From contig JAGVGF010000002.1 in assembly GCA_020057295.1 (NCBI GenBank), positions 203,878-267,877 of the forward strand: DNA of 64,000 nucleotides, in the 5' to 3' direction. Of this stretch, positions 58,263-64,000 are shown one piece after another. Position 1 is the first letter of the stretch. The number at the start of each line of letters is the position of its first letter. The notes below the pieces were generated by a model. The model was not told where the DNA came from. It worked only from the letters and a program-made list of their open reading frames with translations, and searched no databases. The position numbers were made by a program, and so were the translations under genes. This DNA comes from an archaeon (GTDB lineage Archaea; Nanobdellota; Nanobdellia; Woesearchaeales; UBA9642).

Positions 58263-58718
58263 CTATTTATTTTTAGCGTATGCGCTAATATTTTTTCCAG
58301 CAACTCTTGGACCGTATCCGTCTTTTAGTTCTTTATTTACTGAAGTGAATTTAAATTTATTTTTATTGTTTATCATAACTATAATTATATCTTTGTTGAT
58401 TACTTGAGAAAATTCATTAATTAATTGTAAACACATACCACAAGGTTTTATAAATTTCTCAGATGGGAAGTACACTGCAACCGCCTTATAATCATATTTG
58501 CCATTTGCTACAGCGTGATATATCGCACATTGTTCTGCGCAAACTCCGAGACCTGATATTGTTGTTTGAACATTACATCCTTGAAAAATTTCGTCTTCTG
58601 TTGTAAGAACCGCAGCACCAACGCCTTTAGGAGTAATTGGATGAAATGCATTGTTGCTAGCATCAACCGCTGCAATTGTTAGTCTTTTCAGAATATCTTT
58701 TTTCAATGGTTTAAGCAT
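58263..58718 (-). CDS. cdd: Cytidine deaminase
   Basis: VGAAV, GCNV, CAE, PCGMC. Confidence 0.88.
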   Translation of the reverse strand: MLKPLKKDILKRLTIAAVDASNNAFHPITPKGVGAAVLTTEDEIFQGCNVQTTISGLGVCAEQCAIYHAVANGKYDYKAVAVYFPSEKFIKPCGMCLQLINEFSQVINKDIIIVMINNKNKFKFTSVNKELKDGYGPRVAGKNISAYAKNK

Positions 58719-58802
58719 TTTATCTTACATAAACTAATATTATATAAATGTTTCTCTTCAATATGTTATCTATTCTAATCTATGTCTGCTTTATTCAATA
58801 TA

Positions 58803-59450
58803 TTAGAATAAGAATGGTACGATGTTCTTGAGTATGTCCAAACGCGTGTCTATGTGTTCAATAATTTTCTTTAACTTTTTTTCTTGCATTTTTAATTCTA
58901 TTAAGAATTTTTCAACATCTTCAATTAATCTTTTAGAATCTTGTGTATCAATAACTCCTGTTAATAATTCGCTTAGTCTTTGCAACCTGTTTACATCATC
59001 TAAATCTATGTCTTTCTCTTCATCTATAATTAGTTTTTCTCCTTCTTCCAATCGTTGTCTGAATCCTATTAAATCTTTTATATCTTTAGACCATATTTCT
59101 ATGCCTGTAGTCTCACCAAATTTATCTTTAACACTAATTATAGTTAGTAAATACTGATTAGCTTTTACTTTATCGTTGCTTTTCAAGTAATCATAAAATC
59201 TGTGTTGCTCAGCATTACCATACATATCTATTAATGTCTCTTCAAACTTCATGAAATCTCCCTGTATATCTCCGCCTGGTGTTAAGTGCGGACCAATCTT
59301 CGAAAGTTTTTCTAGAGTAGCTTCTTTAGGTAATTCTATCTTCGCAAAAAGTTTATGATTATGTAAATTTAAGTAATGATTCCATTCCTTCACTATGTCT
59401 GGATATGTTAAGAATTCTAAACTGTGTTTATTACTAAAACCAAAGGTCAT
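58803..59450 (-). CDS. Hypothetical alpha-helical protein
   Basis: 215-aa ORF, coiled-coil-like C-terminus. Confidence 0.65.
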   Translation of the reverse strand: MTFGFSNKHSLEFLTYPDIVKEWNHYLNLHNHKLFAKIELPKEATLEKLSKIGPHLTPGGDIQGDFMKFEETLIDMYGNAEQHRFYDYLKSNDKVKANQYLLTIISVKDKFGETTGIEIWSKDIKDLIGFRQRLEEGEKLIIDEEKDIDLDDVNRLQRLSELLTGVIDTQDSKRLIEDVEKFLIELKMQEKKLKKIIEHIDTRLDILKNIVPFLF

Positions 59451-59540
59451 GCCTATATTTAAGATGTTATTTTAATAAAGTTTACTGTTTTTATAGAAAG
59501 TTATAAAATTCTCTAAAATATTTTTATTTAGAATTTGTTT

Positions 59541-61550
59541 TTAATCGTCTCTTTGCTTAATCTTCTTTAAAATGTCTTCTTTGCCTTTCCAGTCTAATAT
59601 CTCTTCTAGAACTTCCGTAATCATTTCAACAGGTATTATTTTAATCTTTGATAATTTGTCCTTATCTACTATAATATCTTGAACGTTGCTTTTTGGTACA
59701 ATTACGTTTTTTATTCCTGCTGCTATTGCAGCTTCAATTTTTGCACTAACACCGCCAATTGGTAGAACTTCTCCACGCACTGATAATGATCCAGTCATTG
59801 CATAATCTTGTTTTATTGGGACTTTCTTTAATGCTGAAATGATTGTTGTAGCGACCGCAATACTTGCCGAATCTCCTTCTACCCCTTCATATGTTTGTAG
59901 GAATTGTACGTAAACATCTTTTGTTTCCTTAATGTCTTCACCAAAATATTTCTTAATTATTGCTGAAACATTTTGTATAGCTTCTTTTGCTATTTCTCCA
60001 AGTTTTCCTGTTGCTATAATTTCGTTTGTTTTTCCTCCTGGTGTTACTTCTGCCTCTATTGGCATTACAATACCAGAATAGTTTACTCCTGAACCAATTA
60101 CTGCAAGGCCGTTTACTCGTCCAACTTTTTTACCTGTTACAACTATTATCTCATATTCCTTCTTTCTTTCAATAAATTTATCGGATATTTGTTGTTCTAA
60201 TGATCGCGCAATCTTTTTAGCTTTTATTATATGATCTTTCGTGACATATTCTGCTTTTTCTTCCATTGCTACATCGCCTGCAGCTCTAATTAATCCGCCT
60301 AAATCTCTTAACATTAATGATAAGTGTCCTTTTCTATTAGCTCTTCTTCTACCTTCCTCTATAATATATTCTACAGCTTCCTTTTTGAAGTGTGGAATCT
60401 TTTTATCTTTATGCACTTCTTGTGATACAAATATCGCTATCTTATTACGATTTTCAGCAGTATCAAGCATTGTTTCATTCATGAATATTTCATAACCATA
60501 TCCTCTAATCCTGCTTCTTAATGCTGGATGCATGTGCTGTACTGTTTCTACATTTCCTGCAGCTACTAAAATGAATTGACATGGTACAGCTTCCGTTCTA
60601 ACCATAGCGCCTGCACTTCTTTCTGATTGTCCTGTAATAGGATATTTTCCTTCTTGTAAAGCTGTTAGTAAATCTTGTTGTGTAGATGGGTCTAATGTTG
60701 ATATCTCATCAATAAATAACACTCCCATATGTGCCTTGTGTATCATTCCAGCTATCACTCTCTCATTAGCTGGTGTTCCTAATCCTCCAGACTGGAATGG
60801 ATCGTGTAATACATCACCTAACAACGCGCCAGCATGTGCACCTGTTGCATCATAAAATGGTACATGTTGTCTATCGAAATTATCTACAATAACTTTTGGT
60901 GCACCTTCACTACCCGTGCCCATCATCTTTTTGCCGACATTCATAAATATTACAAACCCTACCAAGAACATCATTCCTCCAAGGAAGAATGCTGCAAACA
61001 TTATGTCTGATTTGTAATAGCTTCTTACCCACCATGGTACAACCATTGCAAGTACTGCAAGTATTAATATAATTATATTTTGAGTCTTTAATGCGCCACC
61101 ATTTTGTGTCTTAGATTTAGCGACTAGTTCTCTGCCCTTTCCAGCTGTTATTGTTCTAATTAACGGCTGATTTTCATCATTAGCATTTGGTAACGCTAAA
61201 ACATCAACTAATTTCTCTCTCGGTAATAACTCTGCAAGAGCCATTCCAAGCATACTCTTACCTGTTCCTGGTTCTCCGATTAATAGAACGTGTCTTCTTT
61301 GTCTTGCTGCTTTCTTTATTACATTAACAGCATCTTCTTGACCAATAACTTGATCAACCATCATTTTTGAGATAGGAATATCTTTTGTAGTTTCATATTT
61401 CAAATTCTTTAAATCAATTTTAACTTCTGAAACCTTGGAATCTTGAATCTTTGAACTAATAATCTTGGCCTTAGAATTTTTACTTTTAGAACTAAGTACT
61501 TTAGTCCGAGAATCCTTCTTCTGTACCTTTTTATTCTTACGCTTAGCCAT
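59541..61550 (-). CDS. lonB: Archaeal ATP-dependent protease LonB
   Basis: [10 protein letters not shown] insert, FIDEI, EGDSAS Ser and downstream Lys dyad. Confidence 0.96.
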   Translation of the reverse strand: MAKRKNKKVQKKDSRTKVLSSKSKNSKAKIISSKIQDSKVSEVKIDLKNLKYETTKDIPISKMMVDQVIGQEDAVNVIKKAARQRRHVLLIGEPGTGKSMLGMALAELLPREKLVDVLALPNANDENQPLIRTITAGKGRELVAKSKTQNGGALKTQNIIILILAVLAMVVPWWVRSYYKSDIMFAAFFLGGMMFLVGFVIFMNVGKKMMGTGSEGAPKVIVDNFDRQHVPFYDATGAHAGALLGDVLHDPFQSGGLGTPANERVIAGMIHKAHMGVLFIDEISTLDPSTQQDLLTALQEGKYPITGQSERSAGAMVRTEAVPCQFILVAAGNVETVQHMHPALRSRIRGYGYEIFMNETMLDTAENRNKIAIFVSQEVHKDKKIPHFKKEAVEYIIEEGRRRANRKGHLSLMLRDLGGLIRAAGDVAMEEKAEYVTKDHIIKAKKIARSLEQQISDKFIERKKEYEIIVVTGKKVGRVNGLAVIGSGVNYSGIVMPIEAEVTPGGKTNEIIATGKLGEIAKEAIQNVSAIIKKYFGEDIKETKDVYVQFLQTYEGVEGDSASIAVATTIISALKKVPIKQDYAMTGSLSVRGEVLPIGGVSAKIEAAIAAGIKNVIVPKSNVQDIIVDKDKLSKIKIIPVEMITEVLEEILDWKGKEDILKKIKQRDD

Positions 61551-61611
61551 AATACCCCATTAAAACAATATACTGAAACAATATTTCATTAATAAATCTT
61601 TTGAATCTTGC

Positions 61612-62343
61612 CTACTCTTTTAATATATTCTCAACATCTGCAATATTAATTATAGGTTTAGGACTTCTAGTTGTATCATCGTGACCGATTCTAGAACATG
61701 CACTATTAACGTAAATATCTACAAAATTAAAATTTTCTAACTCTTGGAAATTTAATTCGTTACAGTAGAATATGAATACTTGTTTATCAGACCATTTTTT
61801 TACTATATTATCTCGTAATCTATCAGCTCTCTTACTACTATTCTGTCCACGCTTTGTTGTTACAAGTATTCCTATATTTTTGCTCGTTAAAAACTTTAAC
61901 AATGCACCTTTAGAACGTTTTTGAATAGCATCATACATTTCCTTTTCTAAAATTTTTAATTTATTAATTTTAGGATCATAGCAATAAACATCTTTCTTAT
62001 TATTTACTAACAATGCTTGTGGATGAAATACTCCATCACCTATACATAAGAAAGCATCAAATTCCTTACCATCATGAATACTGTTATGTGCATCAAATGT
62101 TTCCATATTACATCCTAGCAATTGTCCTTTCTCACTTATCATACCATCATATAGAAAATTTTTAGATTTTGTCATTATGATAGTTTTCCCATGAGCTTCT
62201 AACTGTTTTTCAATATCAGGTAACTGATTTAAGAATTGAACACTACTAAATAACATTAATTTATTTGGAAGTTTATCTACTATGTTCTTCGGAACAACTA
62301 TCTTTCCAGTATACTTTGCAGGTATTAAAACTATAGACGTCAT
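61612..62343 (-). CDS. dph2: Diphthamide synthesis protein Dph2
   Basis: GQLLGC, GDG.FH, K.GQ, SACSRI. Confidence 0.85.
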   Translation of the reverse strand: MTSIVLIPAKYTGKIVVPKNIVDKLPNKLMLFSSVQFLNQLPDIEKQLEAHGKTIIMTKSKNFLYDGMISEKGQLLGCNMETFDAHNSIHDGKEFDAFLCIGDGVFHPQALLVNNKKDVYCYDPKINKLKILEKEMYDAIQKRSKGALLKFLTSKNIGILVTTKRGQNSSKRADRLRDNIVKKWSDKQVFIFYCNELNFQELENFNFVDIYVNSACSRIGHDDTTRSPKPIINIADVENILKE

Positions 62344-62432
62344 ATTGATAGTAACTTTAAGGCTTTTATAAAGTTTTAGAATGGTAAATCTTTTATATAA
62401 GTTCATTCTTTATACTTATTGGTGTATATTTT

Positions 62433-62870
62433 ATGGATATTGTTCGTGATTTATTGTTGAATTATTATTTCTTAACATTTATTGCTGCATGGATTTTATC
62501 TACTGTTATAAAGGCATTTTTACATTCTAGAGCTAATGCTAAGAAGTTTCATTTAAAGGATGGTTTTCAGAATGGTGGAATGCCCAGTTCACACAGTGCA
62601 GTGGTTACATCAATAACAATGGCATTGCTTTTAAAAACAGGTTTTAGTGAATACTTCTTTATATCAATGATATTTGCATCTATTGTAATTAGTGATGCAT
62701 TTAGAGTTAGACAAAACATAGGATTACAAGGAGAAAAGTTAAATGAATTATTAAAGAAAGCTAATCAGAAAACTATAGAAGTGGTTTATGGGCATACATT
62801 TCTCCAAGTAATAGCAGGGATAATTTTAGGCATATTATGTGCATTATTTTTTAATTTTATACTATTCTAA
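62433..62870 (+). CDS. Divergent PAP2 family protein (DUF212)
   Basis: GGMPSSHSA, DA..VR...G, GHT..QV..G. Confidence 0.9.
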   Translation: MDIVRDLLLNYYFLTFIAAWILSTVIKAFLHSRANAKKFHLKDGFQNGGMPSSHSAVVTSITMALLLKTGFSEYFFISMIFASIVISDAFRVRQNIGLQGEKLNELLKKANQKTIEVVYGHTFLQVIAGIILGILCALFFNFILF

Positions 62871-62900
62871 GAATTAATTAAATACTTTTGATGGCAAATT

Positions 62901-63194
62901 TTATTTATATGATAATATTAGTAGAGCTAATATTATTATTGTTAATATAACCATTAACATTCTAAGAAACGTTGCTGAATGTATTTGATGATCCTTAACT
63001 TTTCTAAAATCTTTATACTGTTCAGCTAATTTTTGTTCAAACAAAGTATTATATCTTGCTTCTTCATTATTAGAATTTATCAATTCATTTTTATATTCCG
63101 GAGCACCGTAACCTTTACCACTGCTAACTTTATCTCTTACTATTTTTTTTACAGAACTTTTCTTAACCCTCTTTTTAACATTCTTTCTAGCCAT
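62901..63194 (-). CDS. Hypothetical protein, basic N-terminus and C-terminal TM
   Basis: 97-aa ORF. Confidence 0.6.
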   Translation of the reverse strand: MARKNVKKRVKKSSVKKIVRDKVSSGKGYGAPEYKNELINSNNEEARYNTLFEQKLAEQYKDFRKVKDHQIHSATFLRMLMVILTIIILALLILSYK

Positions 63195-63313
63195 ATACTT
63201 GAATGTTGTGCTTGGTATATTAAAAGGTTTATTACTATTCTATAATTACTAAAGATTTATGTTTTACAGCGATAAAGTTATAAATGTCTTGCTGATAGAT
63301 ATTTCTAAGTATT

Positions 63314-64000
63314 ATGGTCGAGTTAAAAAAGAGTTTAGGATTTTGGAGTTTGTTTTCTATTGTTGTTACCTCGATGATAGGCACTGGAATGTTTTTCGGT
63401 ACAGCTATTGCTGCTAAGGAGGCTGGTAATGCTTCTATACTTGTATGGCTTGTTTTAGGTGCTATCACGGTTTATGTTGGTGCTTGTTTTGGTGAGTTAA
63501 CAGCAATGTTTCCTAGTGCTGGAGGAATATATGAATTTGCGAAGCAAGCTTATGGTAAAGGTTTGTGGTCTTTTATTATTGGTTGGACTTCTTGGATTGT
63601 GATTAATATAATGAATTCTTTGTTAATAGTTGCCGCTCTTGATTATCTTGTTCCAAAAGATTATGGTATCCTAATAAAAGTTGCTCTTGCAATAGCAATA
63701 GTTCTCATACTTAATGTTTTTGCGTATCTCGGTACTGAAGGTTTATCCAAAATTCTAGGAGTTTTTGCAATATTAATTATTATTGTATTAATAACTATTA
63801 TTGCTGTAGGGTCCGGGCATGTAAGTTATTCGAATTATACTCCTTTCTTTTCAACTCCTTTTATAGGATTGTTTGTTGCATTGTTTTTTATTGTTGAAAC
63901 CTTTTTTGGTTGGGAGAATGCTACATTCATGGCTGAAGAAACTAAGAATGCAGAAAAAGTTATTCCTAAGGCTTTGATGTGGGGTTCAATATTTGTATCT
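63314..64000 (+). CDS. APC family amino acid permease (runs off window end)
   Basis: MVELKKSLG...IGTGMF, EL..MFP.AGG.Y, GWE.....AEE.KN. Confidence 0.88.
   Translation, partial: MVELKKSLGFWSLFSIVVTSMIGTGMFFGTAIAAKEAGNASILVWLVLGAITVYVGACFGELTAMFPSAGGIYEFAKQAYGKGLWSFIIGWTSWIVINIMNSLLIVAALDYLVPKDYGILIKVALAIAIVLILNVFAYLGTEGLSKILGVFAILIIIVLITIIAVGSGHVSYSNYTPFFSTPFIGLFVALFFIVETFFGWENATFMAEETKNAEKVIPKALMWGSIFVS

Overview
AT-rich chromosomal segment of a DPANN archaeon, most likely Woesearchaeota/Nanobdellota-type (inferred from gene content: rpoE1-spt4-rps24e-rps27ae, class I CCA enzyme, Cdc6, ATP-dependent ligase, FtsZ, RtcB/archease, LonB, Dph2, SecDF, class III pilins, oapABC/arvABC, plus archaeal BRE-TATA promoters). 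Bases 1-10.7 kb are an accessory block: three mosaic DUF3494 (ice-binding-like) surface proteins with a shared Cys module and Trp-rich C-terminal tail, several microproteins and two tandem Lrp regulators. The rest is mostly housekeeping, with two tRNA-Val genes. The most unusual signals are: (i) upstream of ftsZ, three different stems all capped by the same UUGGCG/CGCCAA hexaloop, bracketed by two convergent TATA promoters, like plasmid kissing-loop antisense systems; (ii) a bacterial T9SS C-terminal sorting domain on an archaeal secreted protein; (iii) two ~72-bp three-hairpin elements flanked by direct repeats, one duplicating a tRNA 5' end; (iv) 3'-UTR hairpins displaying anti-Shine-Dalgarno loops; (v) a catalytically degenerate double-LAGLIDADG protein. 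No CRISPR array, rRNA, transposase or integrase was seen. All calls are by eye; no searches or folding programs were run.
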